32,000 nt of DNA, from positions 90,001 through 122,000 of the forward strand of contig NC_020304.1 in NCBI RefSeq assembly GCF_000341395.1. Direction: 5' to 3'. The notes under the pieces are model-generated. The model did no database searches, was not told where the DNA came from, and was given only the letters and a program-made list of their open reading frames with translations. Position numbers and translations under genes: made by a program. Each line of letters begins with the position of its first letter. Position 1 is the stretch's first letter. Of the stretch, positions 9,293 through 17,631 are shown piece after piece. Source of the DNA: Desulfocapsa sulfexigens DSM 10523 (GTDB lineage: Bacteria > Desulfobacterota > Desulfobulbia > Desulfobulbales > Desulfocapsaceae).

Positions 9293-10489
9293 TTAAGATC
9301 TGACCGCTATTTGCCTGTCTCTTCCATACTCAACAACAGCAACACCTATTGGAATAAGTAAAAGCAACAGCAGTCCCAGTACCAGCCAACTCCAACCACC
9401 CTGCTTATAAACAAACCCCGAACCGGTAATGCCGAGCCAGCCACCAAGATAATAAAACATCACATACAGGGCATTGGCACGTCCCTGACCACTCCGAAGT
9501 TTACGATTAAGGGAACCAACTGCAGCAGCGTGGATGGTGAAAAAACCACCACAAACTCCAAGAAGTCCTACAATAACCGCTGGAAGAAAGGGTAAAAGAA
9601 TAAGAAGCAGGGCCCCCCCTAAAAAGCCACTTCCCAGAAGCAGGGTCTGTCCACTACCAAAACGATTACTCAACCTGCCAGATATGGGGCCGATAAAAAT
9701 CCCCACGACATACACAAGATAGAGCAGAGTGATGCTCTCTGTGGAAAAAGCAAAAGGATCAGCAATCAATCGATATGGCAGGTAGTTGAAAACAGAAGAG
9801 AAGATAGCAAAACTCCCCATGGCGCAGAAGTACATCCGCAATAAGTCCCACCGCTTTAACAGCTCGATAAAGCCTGTCAGATCCGGCTGTTTTCCTTCTC
9901 TGGAAGTAGCCCTGGGCAGACCACGTACTGCAACGACAGTAGCAACAAGCGTGAGGAGTGCTGCAGAAACAAAGGCATAGCGCCAATGTAGTGGTGGATG
10001 AATCCATCCACCCAATAGGCGACCGGATAACCCTCCAAGCACCGTTGCAGATACATAGGAGCCCATCACAACGCTCAGCCGTTCAAGGGGGAGAGTCTTC
10101 GCCAAATATGCCGCAAGGCAGGTTGTCAGACACGGAATAAAAAGCCCCTGGAGAAAACGGCCTCCCAAAAAAAACCAGAAATTTTCAGTAAATGAACAGA
10201 GCAGTCCACCAAGAACAACCATTAAACCGCCATTCAGGATAATAGGCTGGATCGCAACTCGATCAACCAAAACCCCAAAGGGGAGATTGGAAAGGGCTAT
10301 ACCCAGAATAACAGCAGAGACACTGAAAGAGACCAGCACCATATCAACCGAGAACTCATTCTGAAGAACAGGCAGTACCGGCTGAGTGATGTAAACATTG
10401 GTAAATGAAGCTGAAACCAGTGCAAAAACAATACACTGAAGACGAAATGAGCTATGCTGTTCCGCTTTCAATCTGCTATAATTCCTCAA
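9293..10489 (-). CDS. MFS transporter
   Basis: 398 aa, about 12 hydrophobic helices, loop motifs GVLVDRV and GRLSNRFG resembling MFS motif A. Convergent with the preceding LysE gene (13-nt gap). Confidence 0.85.
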   Translation of the reverse strand: MRNYSRLKAEQHSSFRLQCIVFALVSASFTNVYITQPVLPVLQNEFSVDMVLVSFSVSAVILGIALSNLPFGVLVDRVAIQPIILNGGLMVVLGGLLCSFTENFWFFLGGRFLQGLFIPCLTTCLAAYLAKTLPLERLSVVMGSYVSATVLGGLSGRLLGGWIHPPLHWRYAFVSAALLTLVATVVAVRGLPRATSREGKQPDLTGFIELLKRWDLLRMYFCAMGSFAIFSSVFNYLPYRLIADPFAFSTESITLLYLVYVVGIFIGPISGRLSNRFGSGQTLLLGSGFLGGALLLILLPFLPAVIVGLLGVCGGFFTIHAAAVGSLNRKLRSGQGRANALYVMFYYLGGWLGITGSGFVYKQGGWSWLVLGLLLLLLIPIGVAVVEYGRDRQIAVRS

Positions 10490-10660
10490 GGTATATTTGT
10501 AAATTCCGGAGACCTGCTGCTTTTCCAGGCTTCCTTTGTAGAATTAATGATTAGTGTTGAAGCAAACACATCAACTATTCGTACTGGCGACACCTCTGTA
10601 AGTTATACAAACCATTGAGCTGTCTGAACTTTTGAAGCAACATCTGCCCGAGAACATCAC

Positions 10661-10879
10661 ATGGAAAAAGTAACGACCTTCACCCCTTATGAATTCATTG
10701 TTGGCGAGAAGATACATATCAGCGGAGGCCCCCGCCGGGGTGACTGGCTGGTCACGGGAGTGGGCTCAAAAGGTGTCACCCTTCAGTGTCCGATCAGTAA
10801 AAAAGAATTTATCTGGAAAAATTTTTGCTATCTGAGCAGCAAAGAGTCTCAGGTCTGGCCAATGACAACCGGGCAGTGA
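10661..10879 (+). CDS. Small hypothetical protein (72 aa)
   Basis: Only an ORF with coding-like composition in an otherwise empty gap. No recognisable motif and no clear SD (gagaacatcacATG). Confidence 0.4.
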   Translation: MEKVTTFTPYEFIVGEKIHISGGPRRGDWLVTGVGSKGVTLQCPISKKEFIWKNFCYLSSKESQVWPMTTGQ

Positions 10880-10905
10880 GGATACGTTCCCCAACACCTT
10901 GCCTG

Positions 10906-11529
10906 CTAAATCGAACCAGAGAATACCATCCGAAAAGCCAGCAGCAGCAACAGAATTCCAAACACCTTCTCCAACAGAGCAGCCCTGCTGCGCAGCACAC
11001 TAAGAACTTTAGAATGTGACAGAACAAGCACTACGAGCAGATACCAGCCAGCATCTATAAAGGCCGCTGTTAACGCCATAATTATCTTCTCGGGCAACAG
11101 AGCCTGAGCAGAGACAAACTGGCTGAAAAGTGCTGCAAAAAAGATAGCAAGCTTTGGGTTAAGAAAAGCAGTAAGAAAACCGGAACGGAGACCATTACCT
11201 CTATAGCAGGCACCTGTGTCTGTTTGAGCAGCATCAGACAGTCCTGTAGAGCCAGCAATCGCACGAATCCCAAGATAGGCAAGAAACAGGGCACCCAACC
11301 ACTGAATGACAGTAAACGCCAAAGGACTGCCAATAATGAGGACAGCCAGACCTGCCACGGTGGCAAAGGCATAGAGGCCAACCCCGAACCCATGAGCCAG
11401 TGCTGTTTTTACGCCCTCTGCACGTCCACCTGCCAGGGTGTTTTTCAAAACAACCGCCAGGCTTGGGCCAGGCGACATAGCTCCAAGGATGCAGATAGTT
11501 GCCAGTGAAAACCAGGCTGCAAATGTCAT
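10906..11529 (-). CDS. LysE/RhtB-family amino-acid exporter
   Basis: 207 aa. GAMSPGPSLAVV (PGP motif), WLGALFLAYLGIRAI and NPKLAIFF are LysE-family signatures. Confidence 0.85.
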   Translation of the reverse strand: MTFAAWFSLATICILGAMSPGPSLAVVLKNTLAGGRAEGVKTALAHGFGVGLYAFATVAGLAVLIIGSPLAFTVIQWLGALFLAYLGIRAIAGSTGLSDAAQTDTGACYRGNGLRSGFLTAFLNPKLAIFFAALFSQFVSAQALLPEKIIMALTAAFIDAGWYLLVVLVLSHSKVLSVLRSRAALLEKVFGILLLLLAFRMVFSGSI

Positions 11530-11575
11530 GGCTTTTCCTTCTCACATGGGGCCGCTGATACCACAGACAACGACT

Positions 11576-12853
11576 TCATTGTTTCTTCCTGACTACTTCC
11601 AAAAGCTCCCTGGAGATTTGGCCATCCACCTGCAGGCCATGCCTTTGCTGAAATGCCCTAATTGCCTTTCTGCTGTTATCTCCAATTTGCCCGTCTACTC
11701 CACCGACATAGAAGCCTTTCCTCTTCAACAGCTCCTGCAGCTCAAATTTCTCATCAACGGAGAGAGAGCCCTCCGGTCTGGGCCAGGCCTGTGCCATTTT
11801 TTTTCTGCCCGCCAGTTGATCTGCCAGTAATCCCACAGCCAGGGCATAGAAATCGGAATTATTATAACGCTTCAACACGAAAAAGTTTCGAAGCATAAGG
11901 AAACCAGGGCCATTATCCCCCGCGATCATCAGTAACTCAGCTTTATCCTCCAGCCCCTCAAAAGGAGTACCATCAGGACGTTTAAAACCTAATTTCTGCC
12001 ACTGAGCCAGAGTTTTTGTTTTTCCTTTAAGCTGGGCACCCCGAACAGGAACAACAACTTCGTAGCCCCAGGGTTTTCCGGTGCGCCATTTATTGGAACG
12101 AAGCAGATTGGCTGCAGTTGCCAGTGCATCGGGAATGGAATTCCAGATATCTCGGCGGCCATTCCCATCCATATCCACTCCATAAGCAAGAAAGCTGGTG
12201 GGAATAAATTGGGTATGCCCCATGGCTCCGGCCCAGGAACCAGTCAGCTGATCAAGGCTGACCTCTCCTGCCTGAACTATTTCGAGAGTCGCAATCAACT
12301 GGGAGCGGGCAAATTTCTGCCGCCGTTTATCGGCGTAGGCAAGCGTTGCAAGCGCTCGCGGAATATAATAGAGTCGGGAGCTACGCAGAAGAGCAGCACC
12401 ATAGCTGGTTTCCATGGACCAGATGGCTAATATCACCGGAGCTTCCACTCCGAATTTCTCCTCAACCTGTTGCAGGAGCTCTCCATACACCCCTGCCATG
12501 ATGCGCCCATCATCAACGGATCTTGGATTCACACGAGCATCGAGGTAGTCCCATATTTCTGTGGTAAATTCAGGTTGATATGCAGCTTTTTCAAGTATGG
12601 TTGCATCCGGTGCTGTGACACCGGCAAAGGCACGCTTATAGGTATCCTGGGTAATCCCCTTTTTTGCCGCTTCTAAATAGAAAGAATCGAGAAATTCCGT
12701 AAAAGACTGGTGCTCAATGGGCACCGCAACTGCCATCCCTGTTAAACTGCCAAGAAGGCAGCAACAGAGAAGACAAGCAGTGATGAGTAATCTCCTCAAG
12801 CTACCTTTCCTACTCCAAACCCCTGTTACTGAAATAGTGTTTTGCGACTGCAT
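11576..12853 (-). CDS. mltB: Lytic murein transglycosylase (MltB/SLT_2 type) with C-terminal peptidoglycan-binding domain
   Basis: 425 aa. Signal/anchor segment, catalytic-region pattern WSMETSYG, SWAGAMGHTQFIPTSF, and a C-terminal PG_binding_1-like repeat (LQELLKRKGFYVGGVDGQIGDNSRKAIRAFQQRHGLQVDGQI). Confidence 0.85.
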   Translation of the reverse strand: MQSQNTISVTGVWSRKGSLRRLLITACLLCCCLLGSLTGMAVAVPIEHQSFTEFLDSFYLEAAKKGITQDTYKRAFAGVTAPDATILEKAAYQPEFTTEIWDYLDARVNPRSVDDGRIMAGVYGELLQQVEEKFGVEAPVILAIWSMETSYGAALLRSSRLYYIPRALATLAYADKRRQKFARSQLIATLEIVQAGEVSLDQLTGSWAGAMGHTQFIPTSFLAYGVDMDGNGRRDIWNSIPDALATAANLLRSNKWRTGKPWGYEVVVPVRGAQLKGKTKTLAQWQKLGFKRPDGTPFEGLEDKAELLMIAGDNGPGFLMLRNFFVLKRYNNSDFYALAVGLLADQLAGRKKMAQAWPRPEGSLSVDEKFELQELLKRKGFYVGGVDGQIGDNSRKAIRAFQQRHGLQVDGQISRELLEVVRKKQ

Positions 12854-12947
12854 ATACTCTTTTTCCAGATATAGTATTTTTTATCATTCAACCTGTTGCC
12901 TGAACACCATAGCCATGACTCGCAGATTGGACAATAAAAAACAGTAC

Positions 12948-13511
12948 CTACCTCAACTCCTGGTGCCTGAAACAATCAGTTGTATGATCGTTTACCATAC
13001 CGATGGCCTGCATAAATGCATAACAAATGGTTCCCCCGACAAACGTAAAACCTCGTTGTTTAAGCTCCTTACAAAGCAAATCAGACAGAGGGGTTGAAGG
13101 AGGGATGTCAACAAGTCTCTTCCAGTTGTTTTGAATAACCTTTCCGTCCACCAAACTCCAGAGAAGCTCATCCAGGGTCTCGCCCTTTTCCAGCATTGCA
13201 AGATAACACCTGGCGTTATTGACAAAAGCATTCACTTTCAGCTTGTTACGGACAATGCCTGTATCCTGGAGCAATGTACTGATTTTTGTGTCATTATAGA
13301 GAGCAATTTTTTCAGCATCAAAATAATCAAACGCCTGGCGGTAATTCTCTCTCTTCTTTAGAATGGTTATCCAGCTCAGACCTGCTTGAGCACCTTCCAG
13401 GCATAAAAATTCAAACAGCTCACGCTCATTATGCAGTGGGACCCCCCACTCCTTATCATGATACTCCTGGTACAGTGAATTATCAGTGCACCAGCCACAT
13501 CTTTTCTTCAT
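12948..13511 (-). CDS. tag: DNA-3-methyladenine glycosylase I
   Basis: 187 aa. RCGWC ... YHDKEWGVP ... LFEFLCLEGAQAGLSWITILKKRENYR is the Tag signature. AGGAG SD. Confidence 0.92.
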   Translation of the reverse strand: MKKRCGWCTDNSLYQEYHDKEWGVPLHNERELFEFLCLEGAQAGLSWITILKKRENYRQAFDYFDAEKIALYNDTKISTLLQDTGIVRNKLKVNAFVNNARCYLAMLEKGETLDELLWSLVDGKVIQNNWKRLVDIPPSTPLSDLLCKELKQRGFTFVGGTICYAFMQAIGMVNDHTTDCFRHQELR

Positions 13512-13715
13512 CTTTCTTCACTCCTTTGAACCTTATCCCCTGCATCAATAAAACGATGAGTACGAAAACCGCCAGCAATTCCTCACATGATACGTTATTA
13601 TAGCACTATGGAGCATTCCGGTTACGGCCGAATCATCGAGCATACCATTTATAGAAGATTACAGCCCACTGCTACTCTATTACGGAATCGAAAACCCTAT
13701 AAAAACGAAAAGACC

Positions 13716-14198
13716 ATGACTACATTCTATCAGCAGTTCCAGTCCCCCGCAGGCCTGATCCATATCGTCGCAAACGACACTCATTTAAAGGCCATCACCT
13801 TTAGCTCCAGTTGGGAGCAGGTGCAAAAATCGGTGAGTGATATTAAAAATGAAAGCAATGCAATTACAGACAACACACGCATCCAGCTTCTGGAATACTT
13901 TGCCGGAACACGTAGGGATTTTGATTTACCCATAGCACTGCATGGAACGGAATTTCAAAAACGAGCCTGGCATGCTCTTCTCACCATTCCCTACGGAGAA
14001 ACCCGCTCCTATTCTGAGCAAGCAATACTTATCGGGAATCCCAATGCGGTAAGGGCAGTTGGCAGAACCAACGGTCTGAATCCCATTGGCATCGTTGTCC
14101 CTTGTCATCGGGTAATTGGCAAATCCGGAAAATTAACGGGTTATGCGGCCGGGCTTGAAGTGAAGAGGTTCCTGTTGAATCTGGAAAGAGCCAGGTAA
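13716..14198 (+). CDS. ogt: Methylated-DNA--protein-cysteine methyltransferase
   Basis: PCHRVIG active site, TIPYGETRSY and NPIGIVVPCHRV. Start placed at the internal ATG (MTTFYQQFQSPAGL), matching the typical Ogt N-terminus. The tracked ORF begins 43 codons upstream. Confidence 0.9.
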   Translation: MTTFYQQFQSPAGLIHIVANDTHLKAITFSSSWEQVQKSVSDIKNESNAITDNTRIQLLEYFAGTRRDFDLPIALHGTEFQKRAWHALLTIPYGETRSYSEQAILIGNPNAVRAVGRTNGLNPIGIVVPCHRVIGKSGKLTGYAAGLEVKRFLLNLERAR

Positions 14199-14209
14199 CC
14201 CTCAGCCAC

Positions 14210-14258
14210 TGCATACAATTTATACACCCATAGCATATTCGTGTATATTTTCTATGCA
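14210..14258. promoter_or_regulatory. Imperfect inverted repeat, candidate enhancer (UAS) for the downstream sigma-54 promoter
   Basis: TGCATACAATTTATACAC (14210-14227) and GTGTATATTTTCTATGCA (14241-14258). 15 of 18 positions are complementary, 13-nt spacer, TGCA-terminated arms. Centre is about 112 nt upstream of the -24 GG. Confidence 0.35.
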
Positions 14259-14344
14259 CCTCCGTCAGTACTACAACAGGAACGCAAAGCCAAAGCCATT
14301 ACATTCTACAGAAAATCCAGAGTCTTACACAACACATAAGTTTC

Positions 14345-14359
14345 TGGCACACCCTTTGC
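14345..14359 (+). promoter_or_regulatory. Sigma-54 (RpoN) -24/-12 promoter
   Basis: cTGGCACacccTTTGCt. TGGCAC-N5-TTGC matches the consensus exactly, with GG (14346-47) and GC (14358-59) 12 nt apart. Located in a 300-bp non-coding gap. Confidence 0.6.
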
Positions 14360-14370
14360 TGTAGGTAGGG

Positions 14371-14446
14371 TACAGAAATTGTGACATTCATAATTTTCTT
14401 CTCCCTCCCCAAACCCTTCCAGGATTATCTGGAGGGGTTTTTTTCT
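14371..14446 (+). ncRNA. Predicted ~75-nt sigma-54-dependent small RNA (uncharacterised)
   Basis: The predicted start is about 12 nt after the -12 GC and the end is set by the intrinsic terminator. No ATG-initiated ORF and no SD lie between them. Contains the single-stranded C/U-rich tract CUUCUCCCUCCCC (14398-14410). Boundaries are approximate. Confidence 0.45.
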
Positions 14447-14451
14447 TTTTC
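14411..14451 (+). terminator. Rho-independent terminator
   Basis: AAACCCTTCCAG (14411-22), GATTAT loop, CTGGAGGGGTTT (14429-40). 12-bp stem with one G-U pair, followed by TTTTTcTTTTT. Confidence 0.7.
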
Positions 14452-14498
14452 TCACCAAGCCCATCACTATCATTTCAGCTGAAAAACAAGAAGGTCTT

Positions 14499-15134
14499 TT
14501 ATTCTAAAAATGCCAGGCGAAGCCCCAGAGATACAAACAGGACACCCACAAGAGACTTAAGGAAGATAGGAAGAACAGAGATAGATTGAAGCCTTTTAGC
14601 CAGGGCAGATGTGAAAAGAGCAAAAAGGACATTTACCACCGTTCCGTTCACATTAAAGACCACACCAAGAAAGAGAAAAGTCAAGGCAGGATGGGTGGCA
14701 GTGGGCGAGACAAACTGCGGAAGAAGAGCCATAAAGAAAAGAGCCACCTTGGGGTTCAGAATATTTATAAGTACCGCCTGTCTGAATATCTTTGGCAGTG
14801 AAAGCATTGCCATCACCCGATTTTCTGATTGTTTTTGACCCTTCAGCGTAAGAAAGGTGCCTATCCCCAGATACAACAAATAGGCAGCACCCAGATATTT
14901 AACCACAGTAAAGGCAAGTGAAGAAGACACCAGAATCATGGAGAGGCCAAGGGCTGCTGCCACGACATGAAAAACACAACCGGCACCAATGCCAAGTGCC
15001 GCTATAACACCAGCCTTCCGGCCCTGAACAGCACTGCGATTTGTAATATAGAGAAGATCAGCACCGGGAGTAATATTCAACAGCAATCCGGCAACAACAA
15101 AAAGCCATAGATCTGTTACACCGAAAAATGACAT
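14499..15134 (-). CDS. LysE/RhtB-family amino-acid exporter
   Basis: 211 aa. LLLNITPGADLLY (PG motif), YLGAAYLLYLGIGTF and NPKVALFF are LysE-family signatures. Third paralog in the window. Confidence 0.85.
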   Translation of the reverse strand: MSFFGVTDLWLFVVAGLLLNITPGADLLYITNRSAVQGRKAGVIAALGIGAGCVFHVVAAALGLSMILVSSSLAFTVVKYLGAAYLLYLGIGTFLTLKGQKQSENRVMAMLSLPKIFRQAVLINILNPKVALFFMALLPQFVSPTATHPALTFLFLGVVFNVNGTVVNVLFALFTSALAKRLQSISVLPIFLKSLVGVLFVSLGLRLAFLE

Positions 15135-15164
15135 AATTCCCTGGTTCCTTCTACTGACGACGGC

Positions 15165-15560
15165 TTATCGTTTTTCCAGCAATTGTTTTTCAACAGCAGG
15201 GCCCACCTTTTTCCAGTCAACACAGGGCTTATTAAAGGTAGGAGGATGAATCAGCGGGCAGCCAAAGGCAGCATCATCAACATAGAGTTGACCATAGGCC
15301 TTGGGACTGCTTGTCCATGATACCTGATCTGGGTTATGATTTATCCCAAACAGTGGAATATCATTTTTTGTAAAATAGTCGACGGCATCCTGGAGGAGAT
15401 CCCGGCCGCCATCACCATCGGAACGCATGGTGAACAAAATCAGTCTGGCACCAAGTTCAGCCCAGCGCTGCAGCCATTCAACAGCCAGAGGAACCGGGTC
15501 ACCAATATAGGGATAACGATGATCGACTACGGTTCCATCAAAATCTACACAGATATACAT
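15165..15560 (-). CDS. Small cap-less HAD-superfamily phosphatase-like protein
   Basis: 131 aa. Motif I DFDGT at residues 6-10, a Thr in LILFTMRS (motif II), and K...YVDDAA (motifs III/IV). Substrate unknown. Confidence 0.6.
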   Translation of the reverse strand: MYICVDFDGTVVDHRYPYIGDPVPLAVEWLQRWAELGARLILFTMRSDGDGGRDLLQDAVDYFTKNDIPLFGINHNPDQVSWTSSPKAYGQLYVDDAAFGCPLIHPPTFNKPCVDWKKVGPAVEKQLLEKR

Positions 15561-15595
15561 TGAAAACCTTTTCGGGATGCGTTCACAATGACACC

Positions 15596-16294
15596 CTATT
15601 TCCAGAGTTGAAAGAGTTCCTGAATTCCTTTTTCAGCAAGAGCGGTCATGGCCATAAAGGATTCCGGACTGAAGGGTGTGCCTTCTGCGGTTGACTGGAT
15701 TTCAATCCAGCGCCCATCCCCGCTCATGACAAAATTTGCATCCACCTCGGCGCTGGAATCTTCAGAATAATCAAGATCAAGACAGGCCTCACCATCGATA
15801 ATACCAACTGAAATTGCGGCAACAGGAAGAATCTTAGGCATTTCAGCGAGTTTTCCACCTACTACAAGCTTCTGCAATACATGGCGTAATGCAAGCGCCC
15901 CACCGGTAATTGATGCGGTACGGGTTCCACCATCCGCGTTTAACACATCACAATCAACTCGCAGGGTTCGCTCTCCGATGGCATTGAGATCAACCATCAT
16001 TCGCAGGCTGCGTCCGATAAGTCGCTGGATTTCATAGGTTCTGCCGGATCGTCCACCAATTTCACGCCTGTAACGTGAGTTTGTGGCACAGGGCAGCATT
16101 CCATATTCCGCAGTAATCCAACCCTTCCCGCTATCCTTTAAAAATGGTGGGACTTTTTCTTCAACACTTATTCCGCAGATCACATGGGTTCCCCCCATGC
16201 GAATCAGCAAGGAGGCATCCGCTCCCGGCTGAAAATCCCATACAAGTGACACATCCCGCAGACTGTCCGGTGCCCGGTTTTGAAAACGACTCAT
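15596..16294 (-). CDS. rph: Ribonuclease PH
   Basis: 232 aa. [19 protein letters not shown]...[18 protein letters not shown] and [19 protein letters not shown] are RNase PH signatures. The ATG overlaps the stop of the upstream paaK-like gene (ATGA). Confidence 0.95.
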   Translation of the reverse strand: MSRFQNRAPDSLRDVSLVWDFQPGADASLLIRMGGTHVICGISVEEKVPPFLKDSGKGWITAEYGMLPCATNSRYRREIGGRSGRTYEIQRLIGRSLRMMVDLNAIGERTLRVDCDVLNADGGTRTASITGGALALRHVLQKLVVGGKLAEMPKILPVAAISVGIIDGEACLDLDYSEDSSAEVDANFVMSGDGRWIEIQSTAEGTPFSPESFMAMTALAEKGIQELFQLWK

Positions 16295-17589
16295 ATCTCT
16301 CTCTTATCAATGACCCGCTGGCCTTTGCCTTCAAAGCGTTCAAGAGTCTTTTCTTCAACAAGTTTTACCGCAACACCAATGCCGAGTTCTGAGTTGAGCT
16401 GCTTTCTGATGGTATCGATCAACTCGCGCTGTTTACTCATCTGGTCAGAAAAGAGGGATTCCTTCACTTCCACCATCACCGTAGCTCTGTCCTGATGATT
16501 CTCACGCTCGACAATGATCCGGTAGTGAGGCTCGGTTCCATCAATATTAAACAAAACCGATTCTATCTGTGTGGGAAAAACATTAACACCTTTGATAATC
16601 AGCATATCGTCAGTACGGCCAAGAATCCGGTGCATCCGTTTAAAGGTACGGCCACAGGGGCAGGGTTCAGGGAGGAACCGGGTAAGGTCACGGGTTCTAT
16701 ACCGAATCATGGGAAAGGCTTCTTTAGTGAGTGTGGTAATAACAAGCTCCCCCACCTCACCTGGCTCAACTGGCTCCAGGGTTTCCGGATCAAGAATCTC
16801 AACATAAAAATGATCTTCATTAATATGAAGACCATTACATTCGCGGCACTCCCCGGCCACTCCGGGGCCCATGACCTCTGAGAGTCCATAGTTATCTGTC
16901 GCCTGAATACCCAGTTTTTCATTGATCTCCTGGCGCATGGCCTCGGACCAGGGTTCAGCCCCGAAAAGTCCAAATTTCAAAGAAAGGCCTGCCGGATTAA
17001 TACCCATATCAAAGAGCACATCGGCAATATTCAAAGCATAGGACGGTGTGCAGACAAGGGCCGTGGTCTTGAAATCCTGCATAATCTGAATCTGGCGTTT
17101 GGTGTTTCCTGCAGAAATCGGAATAACGGAAGCCCCGAGACGTTCAGCGCCATAATGAAGGCCAAAACCGCCGGTAAACAGTCCGTAACCAAAAGCGATC
17201 TGAATCACGTCATCAGCAGTAAGTCCCGCTGCACACAAGATACGGGCAACAAGGTCGGACCAGTTTCTGATATCATTCTTCGTATAACCGACCACCGTGG
17301 CCTGCCCGGTAGTACCGGACGATGAATGGAGACGAACCACCTCACGCAGGGGAACTGCAAAAAGCCCATAGGGATAACTGTCCCGCAAATCCTGCTTTAG
17401 GGTAAAGGGCAGCTTCCGGATATCATCGAGCGAATTGAAGCCTTCGTAATCAAGCTTCATCTCGCTGAATTTCTGCCGATAGAATGGCACATGAGTCCCT
17501 ACCCGATTGAGAGTGGACTGGAGACGTTCAAACTGAAGCTGCTCCAGCTCACCACGGTTCATACATTCTTTATCTTCTTGCCAGTACAT
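16291..17589 (-). CDS. paaK: Phenylacetate--CoA ligase family protein (aryl/acyl-CoA ligase, AMP-forming), paralog 2
   Basis: [19 protein letters not shown]-terminus, [17 protein letters not shown]-binding motif, YGLSE and a C-terminal PaaK-type domain. Start set at the ATG at 17589 by analogy with paralog 1. The tracked ORF starts at the TTG at 17601. Confidence 0.9.
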   Translation of the reverse strand: MYWQEDKECMNRGELEQLQFERLQSTLNRVGTHVPFYRQKFSEMKLDYEGFNSLDDIRKLPFTLKQDLRDSYPYGLFAVPLREVVRLHSSSGTTGQATVVGYTKNDIRNWSDLVARILCAAGLTADDVIQIAFGYGLFTGGFGLHYGAERLGASVIPISAGNTKRQIQIMQDFKTTALVCTPSYALNIADVLFDMGINPAGLSLKFGLFGAEPWSEAMRQEINEKLGIQATDNYGLSEVMGPGVAGECRECNGLHINEDHFYVEILDPETLEPVEPGEVGELVITTLTKEAFPMIRYRTRDLTRFLPEPCPCGRTFKRMHRILGRTDDMLIIKGVNVFPTQIESVLFNIDGTEPHYRIIVERENHQDRATVMVEVKESLFSDQMSKQRELIDTIRKQLNSELGIGVAVKLVEEKTLERFEGKGQRVIDKREI

Positions 17590-17631
17590 AGTTTTTTTCA
17601 ATGGTTTGATTAGTCTTTAACTTCTGACAAC

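Noticed and set aside
14380-14487. 35-codon GTG-initiated ORF downstream of the sigma-54 promoter
   Set aside because: It has no SD, a non-ATG start, and reads straight through the terminator hairpin and T-tract. A non-coding RNA is the more economical reading.
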